From: Lama glama
Taxonomy: Eukaryota
DNA: 64,000 nt
Reading direction: 5' to 3'
NCBI GenBank assembly: GCA_028534125.1
Contig: CM052816.1
Location: forward strand, 16,742,001 to 16,806,000
Shown here: positions 44,920-59,780 of the stretch, piece after piece
Position numbering within the stretch: the first letter of the stretch is position 1
Layout: each line of letters begins with the position of its first letter
Program-made: the position numbers and the translations under genes
The notes under the pieces: generated by a model
The model's database searches: none
What the model was told of the DNA's origin: nothing
Seen by the model: only the letters and a program-made list of their open reading frames with translations

Positions 44920-46454
44920 CTAGGAGAAATCAGGCAGGATTGAGTATTTTTGGCTAAACTGTATTTCACTATTGTTTCTAAAAACAGAAGGAAAACTATA
45001 TAGTGTAAATGTGTGGCATGTTCAATCCTCTCATATGGAGCTGAATAAATAAGTAATTTCAGAGTTACCACATACAGCAACTTAAAAACAAAACATAAAT
45101 AGTTTTTCCCAGTGACTTTTGTAAATTGTTTATTTGGAGATTTCTTAGACTCTCCCAGGCCTCTAATTCTACCTTATCTCAATCTTCTAATTCTAGAAGT
45201 AATACAGAAAGGAAATTTATAAATCAAAAACTATAGGTAGTATGAAAATGTACTTGTGTATCTGACACATGCATAAAAAAAGTGAGAGGCCAGTAAGTTG
45301 AACACACTATTTTGTTAGTTACCACAGGAATGACACATAACCATTTACACTCTGCTATCTGACTTTCCATACAGGAGGTGGAGAGTTCAATTTATGAGGT
45401 TTCCAGCCTCTGCACTAATAATAGTCTGAACAAATACAGCACTTGTCTTCCTAGGAACACAGGGTTTCAAAGATATTACTTTATCAGCAGGTAATGTTAC
45501 ACTGCAATTTCAGCTGGTCCTCCAAGAAGGACAGTTTCTCTCTCTCTTGCATATTTTATACACTTGAGACTATACAGCTAAACCATTGCTTACATTATCT
45601 TTCAGAGCTACAATTAAGCTTCCTGAATTTTTCCATATATATTCATATACATCTCCACGTCTCATTCTGTCCACTCAATTTTCTTCTTTCTGCTATCAGT
45701 TTTTCCTCACATTCTTTCCTCCTCCATACCTTTCCTTGATTATTAAACATTACTTTATCCTGATACTCTCCTTCCCCAAATAGGCCAGTTTTCCTACCTT
45801 TACTATTTAGATTTAGTTTGACAAAAGAGAACCAAGGACCCTATTTCACTGAAAATCATGATTATCATGGGGGTCAGAAAGGAAGAAGAGTGGAGTATGA
45901 CATGAAAGGAAGGATAAATGAAGCAAAAGTCTGCCCTTTGGGTAGAATCTTAAGCAAAATCTGTATCTGAACTGGAAAAAGATAACAAAAGCTAATAATT
46001 TTTTTAATTCTTAAAAATTAATATGCTGTTAATGTGAATGAGTCTGTGGACAACTTCCTTTATGAATATACTTTATACTCTAACTTGTGATCTGTTAGTG
46101 TTAACAGTCTTGAGTCCTTAGGAACCTTACAGATAGTACATTTAACAAGGGTAGAGACTTTCTAGCTCATGGTTATATCCCCAGTACCTTAAAACTGTGT
46201 CTAGTACAAGTTAGTCCTTAATAAATATTTAAGACATGAAAAAAAAAATATATTTTCATATTATGAAATGTAATATAAAAAGGAAACAGTGGTCTGAGTG
46301 AGATCCTTTTTTTCCAATCTATTTTTTTTAGAGATCCAACTAATTGGAGATACTCTTGACACTACCCACAAAAAGAAGACAAGCATACATGTTTAGAGTT
46401 GCATGGCGTCCCTACCATTCTATCACTTTCAACACTGCCCATACACTTGATTCA

Positions 46455-47658
<1,204 letters not shown>

Positions 47659-48115
47659 TCCTTGGCTGCCTCAGTAAGATAACAAAACTCTTGGAAGTTA
47701 TAAGGAGAGTCTTAGAAGTCTCCTAATCTTTAATCTTTAGACAGTAACTCTCACAAGTGAGAAACAAATATTACCATCTATAAATTCTGAAACTAACTCA
47801 AATGGTAGTTTGTTTAAACTATTAACATCCCTTTTTTTGGTAATGAAAAATATAACTAAGCTCTTCAATATTTAATGTTGTTCAGAACCAGCCAATTCTC
47901 AGCCTCCCTGCCACTGGCCTAGGTGTAGGCTCTCTCAGATTCAAGTTATAGAAGCAGCCACCTCTGGTAAACAACCCTTTCTGAAGAAATCCTTACAGCT
48001 GTGGTCTTAAGTGGTTTTGGGGGTGGGGGGAGGGTGTGTAGAGGAGGAAAGAAGCCTCAGCTACCAAATGTACTTCTCAAAGGAGCAGAGAAACTTGAAA
48101 AGGCACAGGCAATTA

Positions 48116-48367
<252 letters not shown>

Positions 48368-49331
48368 TTAGAACTTGGAAAAGAAAATAAATAACAATTC
48401 AACTGAATATGTAACTTCAGAGAAAACAGCCATTATTAGTATCCTTCCCTCAGTAAATAAAAATAAGCTAAAATTAAGTCCTTGGAAACATTCTCAACCC
48501 AGCATCTGCCCCTCAAATAATCATAGGAAGCAAACTAGAGCAGAAAGTCAGCCCAATACTCTTATTTACAGATAAAATGGACAAGAAGAACAAGAAATTC
48601 CTCACTCTCTCTAGGAATCTGACTAATCTTGCCAGGCTTCAAGACGGCTAAATTACAGTAAATTCCCAGAATAAAGAGTTACAGCATTATCATCTCTAGA
48701 ACTCCTGATACCTTTGTGAGATGTCTAAAATACTCAGTGGTATAAATATGTGTGGGTGAATTCACATGACTGTTTCATAAATAAATTGCCTACAAAGTCA
48801 CCCAGGGGACTAGATCCATTTAAGTTCAACTGGAAGGTGGCCTTAAATACAAATGAGAAAAGACAGTTCAGTAAGTGATGACATGTATAATAGGTTAAAA
48901 AAATTGTTTTCAATATTGCTTAATTCGAGTAACCATGGGGAGAATTAGATTTTTTAGAAAAAAATCTAACTCTTTATGCCTATATTTTGATAAAAAGACA
49001 GATAGAAAAAATGGACACTCTCAGAATTAAATTTTATTGCATTATTTAGTCTGACTTCAAAACTTACTAATTCAAAAACCCTTTAAACATCAGCAACAAA
49101 AGCGAAAATAAACAAGTGGGACTACATAAAACTTAAAAGCTTCTGCACAGCAAAAGAAATGATCAACAAATGAAAAGACAATGTAAAGAATGGGAGAAAA
49201 TATTTACAAATCACTTATCTGATAATGGGTTAACACTTTAAAAAAAAAACCCTCATACAACTCAAGTGCAAAAAAACAAAAACAGAAAAACAACCCCCCC
49301 TCCAAATAATCTGATTTAAAAATGGACAAAT

Positions 49332-49482
49332 TGCAGGGAGGATATAGCTCAAGTGGTAGGGCACATCCATAGCATGCATGAAGTTCTGGGTTCAATCCCC
49401 AGTCCCTCCTCTAAGAATAAATAAATAAATAAACCTAATCTGCCCCTGACCAATCAATCAATCAATCAATCAATCAATAATG
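49332..49482 (+). mobile_element. Vic-1-type SINE with (CAAT)n tail
   Basis: TSD tttaaaaatggacaaat at 49315 and 49483. Confidence 0.88.
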
Positions 49483-49874
49483 TTTAAAAATGGACAAATC
49501 ACCTGATTAGACATTTTTCCCAAAGACAATGAATGGCCAAGAGGTACATGAAAAGGGGCTCAACTGCACTAATTATCAGGGAAATGCAAATCAAAACCAC
49601 AATGAGTAATTAGACGCACACTTGTTAGAATTATTATCAGCAAAGACAAAGATAATAAGTGCTGGCAAGGATGCAGAGAAGGCAGAACCCCTGTGCACCA
49701 TCAGCAGAAATGTAAATTGGTACAGTCACTCTAGAAAATAGTATATATATGTATATATGACTACCATAAGATCTGGCAATTCCACTTTTGAGTATATATC
49801 TGAAGGAAATGAAATCATTGTCTTGAAAAGATGACTGTACCCCCATGTTCACTGCAGCATTATTTATAATAGCC

Positions 49875-49960
49875 TTCTTAGAGGAGGTACTGGGATTGAA
49901 CCCAGAACCTCATGCATGCTACAGATGTGCTCTACCACTTGAGCTATATCCTCCGTGCAA
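49875..49960 (-). mobile_element. Tail-less inverted copy of the neighbouring SINE head
   Basis: Reverse complement aligns to 49331-49417 with 6 substitutions and 1 indel. Confidence 0.85.
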
Positions 49961-50707
49961 GAGATGGAAACAACCTAAGCGTCTGGTGATAAATGAACAG
50001 ATAAAGAAAATGGGTATACACACGTGTACACAAATACCGTACATAAATGAAATATTATTCAGCCATTAAAAAACAGGAAATCCTGCCATTTACAACAACA
50101 TGGCTAAATCTTGAGGGCATTATGCTAACTGAAATAAGTCAGACAGAAAAAGACAAATATGGAATGATTTCACTTACATGTGGAATCTAAAACAACTGAA
50201 CTCACAGACACAGAAATATACTGGTGGTTGCCAGGGGTAGGGGGAGTGAGGGAAATAGGTGAAAGTGGTCAAAGGGAATAAACTGAAGTTAGAAGATGAG
50301 TAAATTCTGGAGATCTAATGTACAGCATGGTGACTATAGTTAATAATGCTGTATTGTATACTTGAAAGTTGCTAAGACAGCAAATCTTAAAAGTTTTTAC
50401 CACATACACAATAAGGTAACTATGTGAACCAATGAATGTGTTAACTAACCTTACTGTGATAATCATTTCAGTACGTGTATATATAAAGTCATCATGCTGT
50501 ACATATACACAATGTTATATGTCAATTTTGTATCAATAAAGCTGGAAAAAAATAGTTTCTATGAGAAAAAGGCTTTAAGGATTACAAAGATTGTTTCATA
50601 ACCTTACTATGAGAAAAGAAAGGTGAATAAATTATTTAAAAACAAAGTATCATTATCTAATGTAAAAAGTTTCAGAATATACAGGAGAAAAGATCTCTCC
50701 AATTTTT

Positions 50708-53302
50708 TTTACACGTTTTGATGATTTATTTTATTATTATTTTTTAACAGCAACATTATTTATAATTGCCAAGATATGGGAGAATCCTAAAGGCACATCA
50801 GCAGATAAATGGGTAAAAATGTAGCATATGTATATGTGTGTGTGTGTATATATAGATATGTGTATACACACACACACACACACACACTAGAATACAACTC
50901 ACCCATAAAAAAGAAGGATATTCTGCCATTTGCAGCCCTTCATTCACTTTTTTTTCACTTCAAAAACTAGAATTTTATAACTGGCATAAACATTTCCATT
51001 GCACCAAAAACAACAAAATACCTAGCAATAAACTTAACCAAGGAGGTTACCTATACTTTGAAAACTGTAAAACACTGATGAAGGAAATTGAAGATGATAT
51101 AAAGAAATGGAAAGATATCTTGTGCTCTTGGATTGGAAGAATCAACATTATCAAAATGGCCGTATTACCCAAAGCAATCTATAGAGCCAATGCAGCCCCA
51201 TCAAAATACTCACGACATTTTTCACAGAACTAGAACAATTCCAAAATTTATATGGGACCATAAAAGACCCCGAATTGCCAAAGCAATCTTTTGTAGGTCT
51301 TTTTTTCCCTCTTGATTCTTTTTGTTCTCTTTTTTTATGGTTTGATGACTAGAGAAGTTCTTTTAACATCTGTTGTAAAGCTAGTTTGGTGGTGCTGAAT
51401 TCTTTTGTTTATCTGTGAAACTTTTGGTTTTTCCATCAAATCTGAACGACAGCTTTGCTGGATAGAATATTCTTGGTTCTAAGTTTTTCCCTTTCATCAC
51501 TTTAAGTATATTGTGCCACTCCCTTCTGGTCTGTAGAGTTCCTGCTGAAAAATCAGCTGATAACCTTATGGGAGTTCCCTTGTATGTTATTTGTTGCTTT
51601 TCTCTCGCTAATTTTAGTATTTTCTCCTCATCCTTAACTTTTGTCAGTTTGATTACTACTATGTGCCTTGGTGTGTTCGTCTTTGGATTGATCCTGTGTG
51701 GAACTCTCTGTGCCTCTGGACTTGGGTGGCTGTTTCCTTTTCCAAGTTGGGGAAGTTTTTCAGTTATTATCTCTTCAAAAATTGTCTCAGGTCTTTTCTC
51801 TCTCTTCTCTTTCTGGGACTCCTATAATGTGAATATTAGTGTGTTTCACGTTGTCCCCAAGTTCTCTTAAACTATCCTCATTTCTTTTCATTCTTTTTTC
51901 CTTTTTCTTTTCTGCAGTAGTGATTTTCACTAATCTGTCTTCTAGCTCCCTGATCCATTCTTCTGCCTCATTTAGTCTATTCTCGGTTCCTTCTAGTCTG
52001 TTACCCATTTCAGTGATTTTATTCAACTCTGTTTGGGTATTCTTTATATTTTCCAACTCTTTGCTAAAAACTTGGCTCTGTGCATCTATACTCCTCTTGA
52101 GTTCTCTGAACATCTTTGCCATCATTACTTTAAACTCTTTCTCAGATAAATTGCCTATCTCCTCATCACTTACTTCTTTTTCTGGGATTTTATCTTGTGT
52201 CTTGGTTAGGAAGATATTCCTCTGCTGCCTCATAGTGTCTATCTTTCTATTTGTATTTTTAAGTAGGTTAGTTACATTTCTTGACCTTGGAGAAGTGGCC
52301 CTCTGTGGGAGACGCCCTATGTGTCCCAGCAGTACACTCCTCTCTTGTCACTCAAGGACCAGGGTCCAGGTGGTCCCAGTATAGAGTCTGGCCTGTGTTT
52401 GTAGAGTCCTTCCAGAGGCTTTGGGATTACTGTTTCCTTATTTCTGGTATCTGTGCCCTGGTGGATGAGGCTGGACTAGAGGCTTATGCAGGATTCCTGG
52501 CAGGAGGAGTCAGTGTCTGCCCACTGCTGGGTGAAGACTGGTCCTGGACCTCTGGTGGGTAGGGTTGTGTGCAGGGGCATCTGTGGCTCAGAAAGTCTGC
52601 TTATAGATATGTTGTCTGGCCTGAGGCTTCCTAGCCCTTAAGCCTACAGGTTGTTGAGTGGGGCTAGGTGTTGGTGCTAATGATCCAATCAAGATGTCAG
52701 CCTCCAGGAAAACTCATGTAGATGAACACTCCTGGAATGTCCCCCACCAGCTTTTATGTCCCCTGGGCATGCCACAATGGTTCCTTATCTCCCCAGGAGA
52801 CCCTCCAAAACCAGGCAGGTCTGGCCCAGGTTCCTTTGAAATCACTGCCTCTGCCCTTGGACGTGGCACACATGAGATTCCATGTATGCTTGCCAAGAGA
52901 ATGAAGTCTGTTTCCCCCAGTCCTATGGGGCTCCAGGAGTTAAGCCCAACTGGTCTTCAAAACCAGATGTCCGGGGTCTCTTCCTCTTCCCAATGCCAGA
53001 ACCCCAGGCTGGGTAGCCTAACATGGGGCTCAGAACTCACTCCTGTGGGAGAGCCTCTGTGATTTAATTATTCCTCAGCTTGTGGTTCACCCACCCAGGG
53101 GGGTAATGGGGCCCGATTATATCGCAAGCATGCCCCTCCTACCATCCCACTGTTTCCAGTTGAAGCAGATCTTTTTTGGTAGGTTCCAGTCTTTTTTATT
53201 TTCAATAGTTGTTTAGCAGTCAGTTGTGGTTTTGTTGTAGTCACAAGGAGAGGTGAGCTCATGGTCCTACTACTCTGCCATCTTGACTGGAAATCTCTTT
53301 TC
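50708..53302 (-). mobile_element. L1-derived insertion: 5' UTR + ORF1, inverted ORF2 pieces, A-tail
   Basis: CAAGATGGCAGAGTAG 5' start; ORF1p-like MRQQRN...EFKVMMAKMFREL...NIHIIGVPEREERE (51787-52233); TSD aagatctctc(c/t)aattttt at 50690 and 53303. Confidence 0.85.
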
Positions 53303-53441
53303 AAGATCTCTCTAATTTTTGCTTTGGTTACTTCAGACTAAAAGTGTGTTAAGGACAGAGTACTGGAGTTCTGGGAATTCTCAAGAGTTCAGCTATAGGA
53401 TAAGTACCATATAGTATAGGAGTAAAGCCCAAACCTGTTCA

Positions 53442-53875
<434 letters not shown>

Positions 53876-56337
53876 AACCTTGATTCACATTTGGGAAAAT
53901 CCCATGCTATAATATAGAAACAAGTACAGACCTCCTGTTATGAAAAACTGACTAGGTAAAATCCTACTAATTTGTTTTTAATTTCTTTTAATAAGTTTCA
54001 ATAAAAACTAATCTTACTTTGAAGCCAGGAAGCTGGTCTCATTCTCACTCTGAAAAGGGGATACAGAGTTAAGGGGGCATGAGTTATCCACAGTTAGTAA
54101 TTTTTCACTGTGATCCTATTTTGCAATTCTGAGTTTCCAATTCACATCTAAGCACACTAGCTGGGGACTTAACTGTGTATTCTTATAGTGTGCTAGGTTC
54201 AGGAATACAGAGAGAAATCTAGCACATTTCTTGGTTTCAAAGGATTTAAAGTCTAATAGATAGGAAATTTTTTACACTTCTACTGAAAATAACCGTGAGC
54301 CTCTTTAATTCTGAATAAGTTATATACACTCATGGTACAAAATTCAAAAGGATAAACACTAAAAATAAAAAAAATTGTCCTCCCAGTCTCACATGTGGGT
54401 TTTAAAGTACCACTGCCAGAAGTGATCTCATATCTGCTAGCAGAGGCATGCTGTCGTCACAATGCTTTGCTTCATCCCAGAAGAGACACTCCACTTTTTG
54501 AGATACACTTAAGTAGATTCTGTAAGGAGTTTCTGAAAGCAGTTCATATTAAATGAAACTACATTTTTCTGATAAATGGTATGTTTAGGTTTGACTTTTC
54601 CACATAAATTCTGACATCTGAGCATGCTTAACACAGCATAAAAAGCAAGTCATATGTATAGGTATCAATATTTAGAACAGGTATGTCCAATGCCTAAGAC
54701 ATAGCTGGTCACAAAAGAAAGGCTAGAGTATTTATATTCCATTTCATTTTCAAAGAGTTTTAGTTGGCTTTGGGAAACATGCAATAAAATGATAAAATAT
54801 AAGTTAAAAAATCAGGGCTAAGCAAACTGCAACAGGAAGTCATATCAAAGTATAAAAAGAGGGAAAACTTAAGCAGGCAATAAGGATCTACGCAGCTGTA
54901 TGACTGAGTGATATATGATATATGATTGACTGATCAACTGATTTGGCTCTGAGCTTCCTAAATGCCAGTCTGAAAATGGAGAGAAGGTCAGTTGCCATAG
55001 TCCTCACTGTCTAAAAGGAATACATAAAGCAATTACTCAGGGAAGCAACACTTTTCCAACTATGTGGCTCTCCAAGAGGTTTCTCATGTGACGCTTCCTA
55101 AGGCAATAATGAGTGACGTAGGACAATGTCAGAATTCCCAAAGCATTCACTTCCAACTAGGAACTGCAGATTTATCAGGAAGATTTGTAAGTACTAGGGG
55201 TACCAAGCATTTCCTATAGACTGAATACTAGAGGTCTGGTACATGTATCACTCTTATTTTTTAAATATATATAGATGATATAATGAATAAAATTCAAATC
55301 CATTAAAATTGTTACTGAATTCCTAAGAGCTTTTGTCAGTATATTAGTTCTCATTCAGTCAACCTAAAAATTATAGTTAGAACTATATGAAAATTCAGGA
55401 TACTTATAGAGAAACCATTGCTCAGTAGCCTAGCATTAGGCTTAATCTCCTCAAGGCAATAAATACTTGTGAATTGAAGTACACTGCTAAAAACTTATCC
55501 CAGAAATTAAATTCATTATACAAAGCTCTAGTTTTATTATTTAGAATATACCAACTAAGCTTCACAGTTGCTTTAAAAAAAAAAAAGATGGGAAAATAAG
55601 GCTCAGAAAGGGGAAGCATGATTTTTACAGAGAAAGAACACTAAACTGCATATAAAATATGAATCAGCTCACTCATATATACACACATGTTCAAGGGGCA
55701 TGAAATATAACTTCAAGTAACTTGCAGATAACTGGAAACAGATGTATTAAAAAAAACTTACATTTAAGTGCAGACTCTGGCACCAAGAAAGGTAGTAATG
55801 AACAAAGCTTGGGGGTTATGTCGCAGGAGGCTTGGATTTGAACCTTAGACCCACTCACTTTTAACTGCAAAACTTGGGCAAGTCACTCGTTCTTCCTCAA
55901 GTCTTGGTTTCCTCCCTTGTGATAAGATACACCTGTCTTACCTCACAGACCGGTTATGAAAATTAAATAAAGTAATGGCTTCAAAAGCACTTTGGTCAAT
56001 TGCAAAGCACTAATTGGGCAATAATGTCATAAGATAAACACAGATAAAATAAAGTATAGGGAATGTTCAGAGGCAGGAGAGATCACCTTTTAGGTGTGCA
56101 AAGGGACTGATAAAGGTTGAGGACAAAAAAAAAATGTCCCTCAAGTTCTAGGATGGCCAGGAGCTATATAGCACACTGTGGGAAGGAAGTGGGAGATGAG
56201 ACTAGAAAGACTAAGTCAGTGTGGAAGATCCTGAATATTGGGATAAAATCTGGACTTCTTCCAGCTGCCGATGGGAGATGTGTATGTATGGGTGTGAGTG
56301 TGCATATGTGCAACTGCTATTAAAAGATATGAGGTCA

Positions 56338-56478
56338 TGGCGGGAGTATATAGCTCAGTGGTAAAGTGCATGCTTAGCATGCACAAGATCCTTGGTTCAA
56401 TCCCCAGTATCTCCGATAAAAAATAAAACAAATATAAACCTATTTACCCCCCCAAACAAACAAAGTGCAAAAAAAAAA
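56338..56478 (+). mobile_element. Vic-1-type SINE
   Basis: A-box tagctcagtggt, B-box ggttcaatccc, A-tail; TSD aaaagata(t/a)gaggtca. Confidence 0.88.
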
Positions 56479-59400
56479 AAAAGATAAGAGGTCAAGATAT
56501 GAATAGAATAGTTGGTTTTAGGAAAACTCAGTTAGCTAAAGCTAGCTAGCTGTGGATATAGATGGATTAGAGTTGGGGGTAGGGTGGGGAATAGGGTGTG
56601 TTCTTACCAGACCTAGAGTAGGAGCAGTGAGACTAGGAAAGGAAGTGACTAGTGCTCATGAGAATCAATGAGTCCTATCATCAAGCATGATGACTGGCTG
56701 GATATAAGGGTAAGGAAAATTCAAAAATGACTTGGATTTTGATCCAGAAACTAGAACAGTGGTGTCATAAATGATGTTAGGAGGAGGCAAGGGCTGAAGG
56801 ACAGACAAAACCTTGCAAGCCATCAAATGGAGCGTGGAATGATCACCCAGGCTGAGCCTAACCTTGAGTGACACAGTCTTCTACAGGGTAACACTTAGAA
56901 AACCAGAGAATGAGGCCCCATGGGGCCTGACGTCTAGGTGCCACGTTATAGTTCTAATCTGCCAACCATTTTAAAAACGACGTGACTCACAAAATTCTAA
57001 GTCATACCAACACACAACACTAAAAGAAGTCATTGTACTAAAGCTGTAATGATTTTAACTCTTTGTATGTAAGAACTTGAACATTTAAAAAGTTAATATT
57101 CAGGAATCCTATCAATCACACATCGGAAAACATCATGGAAAAGTTGAAATATTTGAAAGCCAAATTTCTCCTAATTTAAGGCCAATTATCTCTTAACCTG
57201 CCTAAGCAAAGGAATAAAGTGTTGAACTTGACAACAACCACAGTGCTATACATTCTGGGATCAGGTGACAGCTCTAATCTAACAATATGAATTTGTTTTG
57301 AAAGCAATATGGAATGTGAATATATGTAAACATGTTCTACCAGCATTAAGGCTTATTTCTGACCCTAGCACTGTACTTCACCTCCTAGCTAAAGATGGAA
57401 GGAGTTAGAACATATAAGGTGAAGAATCATATCAGATCAACATATGGAACATGAACTCTTAAAATGGTAGTGGCCAGGTCACAGGACAGGAAGAAGGGGT
57501 ATAAACTAACAAAACTCAATGACAGTGGCTGGACTGAGTCAGAGATGGCCAAGGCAGGCTGATAATCTGAATGGGACTCAGTTTGAGTTGATTTTTTCAA
57601 AAGTCTTTTTAAAATTTCTACTATTTGTAAAAGTAACAAACACAAATTTCTTTTTATAAACAAATACAAACTACATTCTGTTGACTCTTATTTTGTGGTT
57701 GGCTATATTCTTTTGATACCTATGTAAGTTTAAAAAGCTAAAGCTCTAATCTGTTCTTAGAAACAATGATCAGTATACATATGTAAACTAAAAAAAATGT
57801 GCAGTATATTGTATATATGTATTTACATGCAATTTAATGTATATGTGCAGTCAAACTGTAATAATTCTACCTAATAAAACTGAAAAAACAAAAAAACCAA
57901 AAACACTGTACAGCTAAAACCCAAGGACCAGAAGTGTAAAATACTTTGTTAGTTAAGGAGAGTTAGTGGAAAAACTCTTGCTTTCATTTCAAAATCCCTT
58001 TTATGGTCTATATGTGATTTACACTCACTTTGTTGACATTAAAATCAAATAAATTCTTTAAAGAATCAAATAAGTTAACTGAAGTTTGATAATATCAGAT
58101 GGTAGTAATCTGAGGACTACAGGCCTTCAGGTTTATCACATAATCATATAATCATCAGTTTGGATTCTGGTTTTCCCTAAGGCCATTCTTACTACAATTA
58201 ATGAAATAATTTATTCATGCACTCAACAAAAATAGAATGCCTCATAAACATATACACGTGTATGTCTGTGTGCGAATCATATCTTAAATGAGCCAACTGA
58301 GAGGTACATAAATTATTACAGTGCTATGTAATAAAGGCAATAATAAAGACTGAACATGCTAGAGTAGACATCTGCCTTGGGAAACTAGAATGGTTTCACA
58401 GAAGAGGTAGTGGTATATAAGCTGGATCTCAAAGGCCAAGCTGCATTCTTCTGGTAAAGAAGAGAGAGAAACTTTCCTGAAGGTGCAAAGGCAGAGAACA
58501 TAACAGCAGATTGTTGGAGGAGGAGGAGGATGCAACAGCTAGTAAGTAAGCTGTAAAGTGCTCTGTTGGCATGTTAATGGATGATAAATTGAAACGTGGT
58601 GGCAAAGATTCTTGTTTCGTTAGCAGAGTAGTTTTTTCTTGGTTGTTTGTTTTTAATGTGAATTTGAAAATCTTTAGGCACTCTCCAGTACTCAGTCTCC
58701 CCTACACCCTTTAGTCTGTCACCCAGCTATTTCTCGCAAGCCTGGTTCCTGGACACATGTGAGTTATGTTGTCTGCTATACGCCATGGGGAGCCACTGAT
58801 AGTTTTAAATGGTGGGGGAAGGGGGGAGACACACACAACACGACACCTACCAAAACAGAAATTACAAAATATTCTATAATTAGGTGAATGGCTACACACA
58901 ATTTATTCATATTATGGAATAACATAAGGAAGTTTTAAAAATGAGATTTGTCTAATAGACTAACATGAAAGACCTCTAAGATATATTATATCGAAAAAAG
59001 CAAGCTGCAGATTATTTTTTAGGGGGTGGAGGGACAGGAGAAAGACTGGGACAGAAGATGTAATAGTATTTTAGCCTTATCAGTAAATGTTCCCTCTTTT
59101 TTTTCCCTGAAAATAGGTATTCAGATATTATTTATACAATTAACTTTTCTAAGGAAAGAATTAACTTTGGGATCAGGTTGGAAGAGAATTTATAGAGAGA
59201 AGAAACTGGAGAAAGGGAGATCAACTATAAAGTAGTGAAAACCCAGGTAAGAGATGAAAAAGGCCTAAACCAATATGGCTGTATGACTGAAAAGCATATT
59301 TGAGAGAGAGAAAAATAACAGGATATGATGACGATTGTGAGAGGGAAAGGAAAATGGAAGACTAACTTCCAAGATGCCTAAACTTTCTTTTCCAGTTTTC

Positions 59401-59664
59401 CTACTTACATTCTGAACAAAATAAGAATTCTGTTACAAATGATTTTTATAAAACTGGGATTATTTTGACAGCTATGGTGGGGAATGATGCATGTCTACAA
59501 CACTGCTGTTTTAGAACAAAAAATAATTTTCTCTCTATGGTTCTTTTGATAAAGAAATCTATTTCTAACAATTATTCTCATTTTTTCTACTTTTTAACAT
59601 TCTCAATAAATTAAATGTTAAGTACTTGAGTACCATAGGAATAACCTAAATAAAACTCAAGTGT

Positions 59665-59780
59665 GGGGGGAAATACAGCTTCGTGGTAGAGGATGTGCTT
59701 AGCATGCACAAGGTCCTGAGTTCAATCCCCAGTACTTCCATTAAAAAACAAAACAAAAACAAAAACACACACACACACAT
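59665..59780 (+). mobile_element. Vic-1-type SINE with A/CA tail
   Basis: ggggggaaatacagcttcgtggtagagg...gagttcaatccccagtacttcc. Confidence 0.8.

Larger units (their letters stand above)
49080..50552 (+). mobile_element. L1 3' fragment containing two SINE-derived segments
   Basis: aaacaagtgggactacataaaacttaaaagcttctgcacagcaaaag...caataaagctggaaaaaaa. Confidence 0.88.

Noticed and set aside
51839..52384. 181-aa hydrophobic + strand ORF
   Set aside because: Antisense of L1 ORF1; the S/F/L richness comes from the T-rich strand.
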